From positions 96,001 to 160,000 of IMG/VR virus record IMGVR_UViG_3300011242_000002: 64,000 nucleotides of DNA; one strand, written 5' to 3'. Position numbers and translations under genes: made by a program. The notes below the pieces were generated by a model. That model was not told the DNA's origin. It did not search any database and worked only from the letters and a program-made list of their open reading frames with translations. The stretch comes from a virus (Duplodnaviria; Caudoviricetes). Below, in pieces: positions 36,711-45,412 of this stretch; positions within the stretch are counted from its first letter, which is position 1, and every line of letters begins with the position of its first letter.

Positions 36711-38240
36711 ATGCTGAAGAAACAAGATGTGGCTGCAATTATGCCAATCGCCGGGATGTTGGCCGAACGCGGCGTGCGTTTAGAGACGGTCCCCGGTTCC
36801 CCGATCAGTAACCTGACCATGGCCAGTGCCTCCATCAACCCAAGCGATGCCGATCCTGAATCGGTGCTGATTGCGGTATCGAACCCGTACGACACCGGTC
36901 GTCGTGATACCGAGGGTAACCCAGTGGTCCTGCCCTCTGAACACGGCTTTGTGAAAAAGCGCACCGTGGACTGTATTGCCAAAGGCGTCCAGACCGTCGT
37001 GGCGAACGCCCGTGGGGTAGTGATTCCCGCGATTAATGCTGCCCGTGATGCGGTGCTGACCGGGGTGGATGAAGGTAGCAAGGCCAAGGTGATTATCCCT
37101 GAGGTCGACGTCTACAACTATGATCCGATCTACGCCAGCGTTATCGTTGACGGGATTGCTAACCAGTACCAGCAGGTGGACCTGGTCGGGATGCCTACCC
37201 TGCAGTTGCCGGATCTGAGCGAAGAGCAGCTGCATGCTCTGGTGGATTCCGGTTCCCAGGAAGTGCGTGACTTCATCGCCCGTGAAGACCAGGAGTGTCC
37301 AGGTCATCTGTCAGCGATCTGGCAGATCTGGTTCCAGGGCCGTCCGGTTTCTAACACTGACGACTTCGTGTTCTTAAGCCGTATGCTGGTTGGTGGTAAC
37401 GACAAGACCCGTCTGATTGCGGCCGGTCAGTTCGGTGACAGCACCGACACCCGTAAAGGCTACGACTCGATCCTGGTGGCGTTCCTGTTGGCCAATGCCC
37501 TGTACGACAACCCGGTAAGCGGCGTGAGCTGGAACCTGGACCTGGCGCAGTACAACATGGCGATGTCGGCGTTTAAAGCACACTTCGGTAAAGTGGTCGG
37601 TCGCGTGTACAACGCCCGTGTGGTGGCTGCCGAACAGAAGCAGCTGATCATCAACATGCCGGTAGTGGCTAACTGGCAACTCGGTGAGCGCACGGAAAAC
37701 ATCCTGCTTAACGGTGACGTGTATAAATGGTACCTCGACAACGGTGGTTCCATTGAAGCGGTAATCGGTAACGTCTTTAGCCAGCGTACGCCAAGCGGTC
37801 GCACCACGCTTGACCTGAAGCCGCAGTTCGAAGCCGCGTATAACAACGTGGTGAGTAGCTATGCGGGTCTTGGGGTAAGCAACAAGCATCGCCTGACCAT
37901 CACCCTGTTGAGCGAAGTCTTGATTAACCATATCAAGCAGATCGACATCGGCTACTGGGACAGCCTTCATCCGAACACCAGCAAGCTCTCCGTCATCCAA
38001 GACGTGCAGAACTACCTGGCGCAGGGTTTACCGCTGGGCACCACCGATGCCATTAACCGTGTCATCATCTTCGCCTTTGCTACGCTGATCTACGGTCCGC
38101 TGCGTACCGAAGACTTCATCTCGGCGATGAACAACTACCCGGACCAGACGCTGTCGCCAAAAGCGATCGCTGCACACGTAATCATGGACATGGTCATCAA
38201 GTCCCTGATGTGCGACGTCTATTACAACTTCAACTCGTAA
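36711..38240 (+). CDS. Putative virion head/internal protein
   Basis: 509 aa; in the vRNAP-to-protease block. Confidence 0.7.
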   Translation: MLKKQDVAAIMPIAGMLAERGVRLETVPGSPISNLTMASASINPSDADPESVLIAVSNPYDTGRRDTEGNPVVLPSEHGFVKKRTVDCIAKGVQTVVANARGVVIPAINAARDAVLTGVDEGSKAKVIIPEVDVYNYDPIYASVIVDGIANQYQQVDLVGMPTLQLPDLSEEQLHALVDSGSQEVRDFIAREDQECPGHLSAIWQIWFQGRPVSNTDDFVFLSRMLVGGNDKTRLIAAGQFGDSTDTRKGYDSILVAFLLANALYDNPVSGVSWNLDLAQYNMAMSAFKAHFGKVVGRVYNARVVAAEQKQLIINMPVVANWQLGERTENILLNGDVYKWYLDNGGSIEAVIGNVFSQRTPSGRTTLDLKPQFEAAYNNVVSSYAGLGVSNKHRLTITLLSEVLINHIKQIDIGYWDSLHPNTSKLSVIQDVQNYLAQGLPLGTTDAINRVIIFAFATLIYGPLRTEDFISAMNNYPDQTLSPKAIAAHVIMDMVIKSLMCDVYYNFNS

Positions 38241-38249
38241 GGATAACCC

Positions 38250-38975
38250 ATGGACCTGTCAACCTTAACACGTAACCGGGAGAAGGTCCGTGCCAATCTG
38301 GTAAAGCTTGACGACAACTCGGTCGTCTGCCGCGAGGGGTGTAAAGTCTACATCCCTCAACGCTACGTCAGCAAAGGCCTGGCCGGCGTTGGCGAGACCG
38401 TGTGGTCGGTCGGTGAATTCGTGATGGTCACGGACAGTGGGTTCTATTGTGCAACGCTCGTGCCGGCGATCATGACGCTCAACCCGACGGAGGTGCGTCA
38501 AGTGAAGCTGGCCGGTGATCCGTACTACGAGCTGGGGTTTGCTGCCGGTAGCGTGGTGATTGCGTCAACCTGGGTCGCGAAGTCGGACAGCACCATCCCG
38601 CCGCTGTTTAACGAGTTGGTGATTAACGGCAACGTACCCTACGGCTTTAGCCTGTTTGACCTGATCAAGTGCTTCCACCTGGCACAGAAGTACACCGGGT
38701 TTAAGATGGGTGCCAACCCGCAGGTATTCGAAACCATCGTCAACATCATTGCCCGCGACCCGGACGATCTGAACAAACAGTATCGTGGGGTGCCTAAGGC
38801 TTTGGATGACGTGTACAAGAAGCCGCCGACCATCGTGGGTCTGCGTAACCCAGCGGTAACCTCCACCAACACGGTGGCCAAGCTGATTGGGTCGTATTTC
38901 CAGGACGGGGTGGTGTCGTCGCTCATTAACCCATCGGATCGCGTTGAAGGCGTTGAAGCCTTGCTGAGGAGCTAA
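38250..38975 (+). CDS. Conserved virion protein (phiKZ gp177-like by position)
   Basis: 241 aa; synteny. Confidence 0.65.
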   Translation: MDLSTLTRNREKVRANLVKLDDNSVVCREGCKVYIPQRYVSKGLAGVGETVWSVGEFVMVTDSGFYCATLVPAIMTLNPTEVRQVKLAGDPYYELGFAAGSVVIASTWVAKSDSTIPPLFNELVINGNVPYGFSLFDLIKCFHLAQKYTGFKMGANPQVFETIVNIIARDPDDLNKQYRGVPKALDDVYKKPPTIVGLRNPAVTSTNTVAKLIGSYFQDGVVSSLINPSDRVEGVEALLRS

Positions 38976-38977
38976 GC

Positions 38978-39688
38978 GTGGACAGTTCAGACATGCAGGA
39001 TATGTTAAAGTTTCTGGAGTTCTGGCCGTCGACGATTGGTAACAACGTGGAGATCTTAACCCCCAACAACTCGTCGGGGGTGACCTTTCACATCAGCACC
39101 AACAACAGCCTGAAGTCCTTTGAACCGCGCGTCAGTCGGCGCACGATGAATAAGGAAGACCGTTCGGTGCCGCGGGTGTCGACGGCGGCCACCTTAAACG
39201 GCTGCCTCTCCGGCTACAGCGCCGCGCTGTACGACTGGGAGAACATGGACAACGAGAAGTGGCAGGGTGGCTGGAAGATCTACGCCATTCCGTATGACGT
39301 TGCGTTAAAGCCCAACAAGAAGATTCTGGGCGATGCTGAGCAGACCGAAGAGCTGTGGCTGGTGCCGTACAATAAGGCACACGTGCGCTACCAGGCCACC
39401 CCGATTGGTGAGATCTTCTTTACCAAGGTCGGGCGCGAGGCCACGGGCAACACGAAGATGCCACGCAGGATTGTGGTTCGCGCGTATATCCGCATCGCCG
39501 AAGGTAACATGCTGCCGTTAAACAAAAGCACGGTACTGCGGGCAGGGTACTACCAACTCACTTACAACAACTGGTTCGAAGCAATGGATCTGCGTAATCC
39601 ACAGGACATCATGGTGATACCTATTACCAGCGGTGACTACCACAGCTATAAAAAGCTCGGGGCGGGTAATCTGGGTTTAACCACTTAA
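38978..39688 (+). CDS. Conserved virion protein (phiKZ gp176-like by position), possible ADP-ribosyltransferase-like fold
   Basis: FHIS...FEPRV...EDRSVPRVSTA.TL.GCL...TEELW; directly upstream of protease. Confidence 0.6.
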   Translation: MDSSDMQDMLKFLEFWPSTIGNNVEILTPNNSSGVTFHISTNNSLKSFEPRVSRRTMNKEDRSVPRVSTAATLNGCLSGYSAALYDWENMDNEKWQGGWKIYAIPYDVALKPNKKILGDAEQTEELWLVPYNKAHVRYQATPIGEIFFTKVGREATGNTKMPRRIVVRAYIRIAEGNMLPLNKSTVLRAGYYQLTYNNWFEAMDLRNPQDIMVIPITSGDYHSYKKLGAGNLGLTT

Positions 39689-39697
39689 GGGGACGCT

Positions 39698-40480
39698 ATG
39701 TCAAATATTACGTTTACGTGTCAGACGCTCAAGGGCACGAACAAAGCCGGGACGTTGAAGCCAAGTGGGGATGGGTACTGGACCGTCGTGCTGGGCGGGT
39801 TTAACATCCATAACGAAACCGGTAACTTCTACCCGTTTAACAACTACCTCAAAGAGGTGTTCCTCAAATCGTCGACGTTTATGCGTCGTATCGAACGCGG
39901 GCACCTGCGCGGGGAGCAGGACCATCCGAAGCTGCTGCCGGGGATGACCCAGCAACAGTTCTTCTCCCGTCTGCGTTACCTGGACATGAACTGCTGGTCC
40001 CACCACATCCGTGCGGTGGAGCTTGACTTCAGCAACTTCAAGTCGCAGCATGGCGAACAGATGGTAGCGGTGCTGGGGGAAATCAAACCGGTGGGTGGTC
40101 CAATCGGTGACAAGCTTCTGGCCTCTTTGGAAAACCCGAGCGAAGACACCTGCTTCTCCGTGCGTTCTCTCACCATGGACACCATGATGGGGATGGCGTG
40201 GAAGAAGGACATCTACGAGCTGGTAACCTGGGACTGGGTGCCGGAGCCGGGTGTACGTAACGCCACCAAGTACCACTCGCCGGGGCTGGAGGCGTTCGAA
40301 GAGTTCCGCTTTGATCCTGCGATCATTCGTAACGAAATCGTGACGGCAAAACACGCCGGCGGTCAGGGCTACGGGCTGGAGTCCAACAGCAACGACACCT
40401 CGCGTCTGGAAGTGATGCTGCAGGATTATGAAGCGGGCAGCAACTCCCCGATTCTGCGTCCAACAGCACTGCGCTGGTAA
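39698..40480 (+). CDS. Prohead (head maturation) protease (phiKZ gp175-like)
   Basis: LRGEQDHP, SHHI, FSVRS (catalytic Ser), TWDWVPEPG; C-terminal GLE sites. Confidence 0.9.
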   Translation: MSNITFTCQTLKGTNKAGTLKPSGDGYWTVVLGGFNIHNETGNFYPFNNYLKEVFLKSSTFMRRIERGHLRGEQDHPKLLPGMTQQQFFSRLRYLDMNCWSHHIRAVELDFSNFKSQHGEQMVAVLGEIKPVGGPIGDKLLASLENPSEDTCFSVRSLTMDTMMGMAWKKDIYELVTWDWVPEPGVRNATKYHSPGLEAFEEFRFDPAIIRNEIVTAKHAGGQGYGLESNSNDTSRLEVMLQDYEAGSNSPILRPTALRW

Positions 40481-40517
40481 GTCATACGGGGCGGGGTACA
40501 CCCCGCCCTTTATGCCG
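40481..40517. repeat. CATA-hairpin-TTATGCCG element
   Basis: gtcatacggggcgggg-taca-ccccgccctttatgccg. Confidence 0.7.
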
Positions 40518-40578
40518 ATTAGTAAAATTGTACTCAAATCCACATTACTATGTCTACCTACGACTAAGGATTACAACA

Positions 40579-41112
40579 ATGATTATCGATGCCCCGCACA
40601 GTGTGGCGCGCGCCTTCCTAGGCATGAAAGAACTTGAAAGCTTTATCCCACGCTACGTGGACGTGGTCATGAAGACCGTAGCTGAAATGCAAAACAGCGC
40701 CGAGCGTTTAAAAGTGGATGACAAGGAGTCGCGGGATGCGGTCCTCGGGCAGCTGGTGACCAACGTCAACGTTTTTGTCTTAGGCGATGATGCGGAGAAC
40801 GTCAAGGACTGGCCGCTGGTGAGTATGTCTCCGCTGCACGTGGGGCTGGCGTTTCGCAGCCAGCTGATTTACCTGCTGTCGCGGGATGAGGTGAATATCC
40901 GCAATATCCTGAACTTCATCAACGTGGTGTATTTCCCGAACCTCAATCTCGTGGAACTCAACGAGATGCTGCTGCGCTACGGTGACCGCCCAGGACCCAA
41001 CAGCGCACGGGTACAAAAGATGCTGGTGCTGCTGGTTCATCAGGTGGCAATGCTTGCCTCACGCCGTGAGCTGGTGCTGACCGAAACCGTTACTGAAGAA
41101 GGAGACGCCTGA
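40579..41112 (+). CDS. Hypothetical protein
   Basis: Start reassigned to ATG 40579 (TAAGGA RBS). Confidence 0.75.
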   Translation: MIIDAPHSVARAFLGMKELESFIPRYVDVVMKTVAEMQNSAERLKVDDKESRDAVLGQLVTNVNVFVLGDDAENVKDWPLVSMSPLHVGLAFRSQLIYLLSRDEVNIRNILNFINVVYFPNLNLVELNEMLLRYGDRPGPNSARVQKMLVLLVHQVAMLASRRELVLTETVTEEGDA

Positions 41113-41279
41113 TGGGTGGTCCAACATTACACGTGATGCTGATGGAGTTTAATACGGCATACGAGAAGTTCATTGCGGACAATCGCTACGCGGGCTTTAG
41201 CCCGGCGATGCTGCATGCCAAAGCGATGGCGTATGCACGGGATCACCTGCAGTCCATCTGGCCGGTCATGGCCGATTAA
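41112..41279 (+). CDS. 55-aa hypothetical protein (not in ORF track)
   Basis: TGATG coupling, GGAG RBS; MGGPTLHVMLMEFNTAYEKFIADNRY... Confidence 0.65.
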   Translation: MGGPTLHVMLMEFNTAYEKFIADNRYAGFSPAMLHAKAMAYARDHLQSIWPVMAD

Positions 41280-41298
41280 GTTCAAACTTTTTACACCC

Positions 41299-41315
41299 CT
41301 ATATTACCTAAGTGT
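41299..41315 (+). promoter_or_regulatory. Putative early promoter CTATATTACCTAAGTGT
   Basis: Repeated motif. Confidence 0.8.
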
Positions 41316-41375
41316 ATATCTGCGCAGATATATACAACTACTCAACACAAACACCCCATTTAAAAGGAACTCGTA

Positions 41376-41822
41376 ATGTCTAAAGAAATCAAAGCTTCTA
41401 CCCGTGCCCTGGCTGACTCCATGAAAGCTGCAATGACCATGGGTGAAAACGGTGTTGCAGTAACCGCGCCTGACTGGTATGAAAAGAGCCTGCCGGAAGG
41501 CCTGACCATGGATCAGCGCAAGCAGTTCCAGAATCATGACAGCGCGGTCATGGCAGCGCAGGCGGTGGCCCTGGCCGAAGTCGGCATGCCGGTGATGAAG
41601 GAAAACAACAGCTTGAGCCAAATTTCTGCATCGATGGCGGTAGGTGGCGACACCATCAGCACCGACATCGTGCGTGAATACCAGCACGGCAAAACCACCG
41701 TACACGGTCACGTCATCAGCGCCTATACCCACAACGCGGCAGGTGCCAACCGTGGCGAGCTGGCAGCGGCCGTTAAGTACGTGCGCAGCATGGGCGATGA
41801 CCTGCTGACCGGCGGTAAGTAA
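41376..41822 (+). CDS. Hypothetical early protein (148 aa)
   Basis: AAGGA RBS; directly behind early promoter. Confidence 0.85.
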   Translation: MSKEIKASTRALADSMKAAMTMGENGVAVTAPDWYEKSLPEGLTMDQRKQFQNHDSAVMAAQAVALAEVGMPVMKENNSLSQISASMAVGGDTISTDIVREYQHGKTTVHGHVISAYTHNAAGANRGELAAAVKYVRSMGDDLLTGGK

Positions 41823-41839
41823 TCTGTAGTCTGCAGTAC

Positions 41840-42047
41840 CTGTACCAAGCGGGTGGAGACCTAAGACACCTCCATCCGTGGCAGTAAAACAACAAACCCT
41901 TTTCCATTAACCATGCCTCGGTTAATTCTGAAGATAAGTTGTCCCGAAGTACATTCATTAAGACAAGCTAGTCGGTAGGGGATTATCACAGTGGTCCCTT
42001 ATCTACTGGGTTGTTGTAACAAGGGGCTTCGGCTCCTTTCTTTTTTT
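41840..42047 (+). ncRNA. Candidate structured RNA (hairpin, multibranch domain, terminator)
   Basis: ~240-nt gap without an RBS-led ORF; five complementary stems visible by eye. Confidence 0.45.
42021..42047 (+). terminator. Intrinsic terminator with UUCG loop
   Basis: aaggggc-ttcg-gctcctt then poly-T. Confidence 0.85.
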
Positions 42048-42065
42048 GTTAACAAGGAGCGAATT

Positions 42066-42659
42066 ATGACCATTGTATTCTTTAAGCAAGACGAATTGAT
42101 CAACGAAAATAATCTGATGTCCGTGCCACAAGGCGAAGAACGTCTGGCGGCTTGTAATCAGGCCCTGTTCGGTTATTTTGACGACCTGGCCAGCAACATT
42201 AACAACAGCATCAAAGCGGTCATTGCCGGCTGGCGCCGTGGTTATTCTGCAGAAGCCGTGGCAGATCACCTGTTTATTAACAGCTTCAATGGCTTTGCCG
42301 GTAAAGACTTTGGTGTTAAAGACGCTTATTTGCTGCTGCAGTCAATGTTCACCAAAATGGGTTACGACACCAGCGAGACGTATTGGGGTGTGCAATACGG
42401 CTACACTCCATCGCTGGAAGAACGCGCGCGCGACCCACTAGATGTGCAGGTTGGTATCAACGTGCGTGCACAAGACCTGGCTAAGGATCATGGTTTCGAA
42501 ACTATCGTCTTTGGTCAGTACCAAAACAACACGGGTTCGGTCCGTAACAAAGAAGAAGCGATCAGCGTGGATGAGTTCCGCAAAGATGTGTGCTCTGCGT
42601 TGACTAATCGTCAGGGGCAGTTCTTTACGGTAGTGATCGAGGATACCGAGAATGTTTAA
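42066..42659 (+). CDS. Hypothetical protein, paralog A
   Basis: Start reassigned to ATG 42066 (AAGGAG RBS); IAGWRRGYS, WGVQYGYTPS. Confidence 0.8.
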   Translation: MTIVFFKQDELINENNLMSVPQGEERLAACNQALFGYFDDLASNINNSIKAVIAGWRRGYSAEAVADHLFINSFNGFAGKDFGVKDAYLLLQSMFTKMGYDTSETYWGVQYGYTPSLEERARDPLDVQVGINVRAQDLAKDHGFETIVFGQYQNNTGSVRNKEEAISVDEFRKDVCSALTNRQGQFFTVVIEDTENV

Positions 42660-43251
42660 ACTGCGTGAAGAGGTTGAGTTAAAAGACGGGAAATTCGAAT
42701 ATGAAAAATACCCCGACTACGCTCGTTATGCCGCTGGCGTGGTAGCCAATGCCGTTACAAACCTTACTGCATTGTTTCGGGATAACTACTACGCGAAAGA
42801 TATTATTGCAGGTTGGCGCTATGGCTACGCGCCTGCTGCGGTAGCCCGCTACATTCTCGAACGCGCCGTCGAGACTTCTGCCGTGCAGTATGCGCAAAAC
42901 ATGTATCAGGCCCGGGCCATTACCGTGCTGCGTCAGCTACTGCGGGTTAATGAAAAGGGCTGGGGTGCGTTGTATGACTATACTCCGTCCGTGGCTGAGC
43001 TTTCTACTCCGGCTGCAATAGTGCAAGCCGACATCAATAAACGTTTAGCGGCTAACCGGACGTTAGCCGTGGCCCACGCCGAAGAAGTGAACGGTATTAT
43101 CCCTCGGTATCGGTTTAATGAGACGATCGATAACCCCGGGATTATCAAGCACGAATCGGAGGTAGCGGTGGTGCTGGCGTTTACGTCTGAGGTCTTTGTA
43201 GAAACACGCAAGCTTATTCGCCAGGTGTTTGACGAGATCGTCGACGTATAA
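42652..43251 (+). CDS. Hypothetical protein, paralog B
   Basis: IAGWRYGYA, WGALYDYTPS shared with upstream gene. Confidence 0.8.
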   Translation: MFKLREEVELKDGKFEYEKYPDYARYAAGVVANAVTNLTALFRDNYYAKDIIAGWRYGYAPAAVARYILERAVETSAVQYAQNMYQARAITVLRQLLRVNEKGWGALYDYTPSVAELSTPAAIVQADINKRLAANRTLAVAHAEEVNGIIPRYRFNETIDNPGIIKHESEVAVVLAFTSEVFVETRKLIRQVFDEIVDV

Positions 43252-43272
43252 GTTTACTATCCGGAGGTTAGC

Positions 43273-43662
43273 ATGGAAGTCTTTACGGTACAGCTCGGAC
43301 AGTGGCGTTTGGCGAAGGCGTTAAATATCCCGCTTATCGACACAACGTACCGCTCCGGGATTCTTCATCAGAACGTGCGTTGGCTCGCCCCAACCGGTGA
43401 GCTGTTGGGTAACTATAAAAGTGGTACCGTTACTGCCTGTGGTTATCAGGAAATCTACCTAAACCTTATGAGGAACCGCTGGACGCAGGATCCCCAGTGG
43501 TTCTTGGATTTTTGTCGTACCCACGACAGGGTAGCGTTGGCCTGCTATTGCAGTGCAGGTGAGTTTTGTCACCGTTTATTACTCGTTGATATTTTGCGCA
43601 ATATTTGCATCAAATATAATATCCCCTTCAGCTACGGCGGGGAACTACAAAGGGCTGCCTGA
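43273..43662 (+). CDS. DUF488-like protein
   Basis: LAPT.ELL, Y..LM..R, VALACYC....FCHR motifs. Confidence 0.7.
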   Translation: MEVFTVQLGQWRLAKALNIPLIDTTYRSGILHQNVRWLAPTGELLGNYKSGTVTACGYQEIYLNLMRNRWTQDPQWFLDFCRTHDRVALACYCSAGEFCHRLLLVDILRNICIKYNIPFSYGGELQRAA

Positions 43663-44063
43663 TGAACAAGTTCATTTATATCCAGGTCACCGACGCGGCG
43701 GTTATTCCGACCGAGATGGTGATCAACCCGCTGCAGCAGATTGACAGCGTCTACATGCCAGTACGGTTGCGCTTTCACTTTACCGCTAGCGAGCAGCTGA
43801 TTGATACCCAGGTGATTGAAGTGCCGTTTGTTAATCAGCGCGCCTGTGATCTGGTAGGTGCCTGCCTGTTGTTTTCCCCGCTGGCCGAACAGGCTTCCCT
43901 TTGCCAGTTCCCGTATCTGAAAGATGGCGCGGTCTGGGTCGAGCTGGCGGTGGAGCTGACTAAGGTTCCGCTGTCATCCGGGGATTTGCTCAACCTGTAC
44001 GCCTCGCATTTTAACGCTACTCCGTCGGCTGCGATCCTGCGTAATCTGCACATTTCGGAGTAA
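43662..44063 (+). CDS. Hypothetical protein
   Basis: TGATG coupling. Confidence 0.7.
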   Translation: MNKFIYIQVTDAAVIPTEMVINPLQQIDSVYMPVRLRFHFTASEQLIDTQVIEVPFVNQRACDLVGACLLFSPLAEQASLCQFPYLKDGAVWVELAVELTKVPLSSGDLLNLYASHFNATPSAAILRNLHISE

Positions 44064-44065
44064 AC

Positions 44066-44482
44066 ATGTATAGTAACCAGCACATCAGAATGGTCGCGGA
44101 GATTAACCTTCTGGTCCTGGTCGTGGGATTGGCGTTACTAACCGCCATCATTATCCTGAGCTATCGCGAACTGCGTATCCGTAAGCTGAGAAAGTGGGAA
44201 GCGGATACGCGTTTGATGATCGGGTCGTTTGATCTTTACAGCCCCGTAGACCGCTCAAGAGTGGTGACGCTTATCGATGACCTGTATCAGCTGTATCTGG
44301 AAAGCTGCGCAGCCTGTGGGCAACCTCAGGCCAATACCTTAGACGCGTTTGACCGTTTTATCCAAACCTTTGCCTATTCGTACGTGAGCGGGCGTATCGA
44401 CTTCTCAGTGTTCCCTGCTGAGGTGGCGACAGTGTTTCGCATCAAGCACGCACAGGTGTATCTCGTTAACAAGTCGGCATAA
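44066..44482 (+). CDS. Hypothetical protein with N-terminal TM helix
   Basis: LLVLVVGLALLTAIIILSY; GGAG RBS. Confidence 0.75.
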   Translation: MYSNQHIRMVAEINLLVLVVGLALLTAIIILSYRELRIRKLRKWEADTRLMIGSFDLYSPVDRSRVVTLIDDLYQLYLESCAACGQPQANTLDAFDRFIQTFAYSYVSGRIDFSVFPAEVATVFRIKHAQVYLVNKSA

Positions 44483-44533
44483 AAGAGGCGTTCCTCTCCT
44501 TGACGGGAGAGGAACCCTCTGGGTCTTATGCCG
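44475..44533. repeat. CGGCATAA-hairpin-TTATGCCG element between convergent genes
   Basis: cggcataaaagaggcgttcctctcc-ttgac-gggagaggaaccctctgggtcttatgccg. Confidence 0.8.
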
Positions 44534-44545
44534 TTTTTTTTTGGC

Positions 44546-45412
44546 TTAGCGAGCAGCCTGCTTCGCACGGATGTCGTTGATATCGTCAACCACACCAGAC
44601 TTAGCAGCGTTCACGTCCGGACCAACCGTTTTCAGCACGTCTGGCAGATCACGGTTGTACGGGTTCGCACCGATCAGGGAACGGGTCTTGTTGATCTTCT
44701 CAGCGAGCTTATCAACCGCGGCGTTCATGATACAGGTGCTGGTGAACTCGATGGAGTGCACCAGATCCGAAGAACCCTGAGACTTGTCGTAACGGGATTC
44801 ACGGGTACCGGAGGACTTCGGCTGCATACCCACGCACAGGTAGGCGTTGATGATCTCCAGACCGGTTGGGTCCGTATCGTAATACAGACAGATCATGGAG
44901 GTCATGTCAGGCAGCAGGTCTTTTGGCGGGTTCGGGTAGGTCATGATCAGCGGACGTTTGACATCCGGGTCCATCATGAACAGACGAATCCACCACTCCA
45001 GCAGGGTCCCGTTCGGGAAGCCATACTTCTCACCGATCTCATGCGTTGGGGTCGGCTGCTGCTGGGTAACGTTGGCCAGGTCAAAGTGCTCAGCACCGGA
45101 ACCGCCAGCTGGCTGGGAGGAGTGATCCACCTGCAGCGCACGCTGGAAGCCCGTGATGGAACGGGTGTGCTTTTCCATCATTGCTTTGATGTGACCATGC
45201 CACACTTCCGGGTGATCCAGGTGCTTGATCGCACCCGGAGTACGCAGCACCACGCACTGCAGCTGTTGCTGACGGAAGCCGGCGTTGTCCACATGCCGTG
45301 CCAGGTTTGCCGCGATGCCGTGGTAACCGCCGGTCAGGGCGTTGACCATGGTGGCGTTCGAGAACGCCCCTGCCCCAGCACCCGGTTGGGCAATAGAATC
45401 CGATAAGCGCAT
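44546..45412 (-). CDS. Tail tube protein (phiKZ gp30-like)
   Basis: Follows sheath; EKYG...WIRLFMMDP; size and synteny. Confidence 0.8.
   Translation of the reverse strand: MRLSDSIAQPGAGAGAFSNATMVNALTGGYHGIAANLARHVDNAGFRQQQLQCVVLRTPGAIKHLDHPEVWHGHIKAMMEKHTRSITGFQRALQVDHSSQPAGGSGAEHFDLANVTQQQPTPTHEIGEKYGFPNGTLLEWWIRLFMMDPDVKRPLIMTYPNPPKDLLPDMTSMICLYYDTDPTGLEIINAYLCVGMQPKSSGTRESRYDKSQGSSDLVHSIEFTSTCIMNAAVDKLAEKINKTRSLIGANPYNRDLPDVLKTVGPDVNAAKSGVVDDINDIRAKQAAR

Noticed and set aside
40540-40556. CCACATTACTATGTCTA as a seventh early promoter
   Set aside because: Several mismatches in the core and lacks the conserved A-N-GTG; too weak to call
41928-41970. CTGAAGA resembling the hammerhead ribozyme core CUGANGA
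   Set aside because: No correctly placed GAAA and stem III/UH cleavage site could be found by eye
41889-42017. Cloverleaf-like fold as a possible tRNA
   Set aside because: About 130 nt, no T-loop GTTCRA, no canonical arm sizes, no CCA
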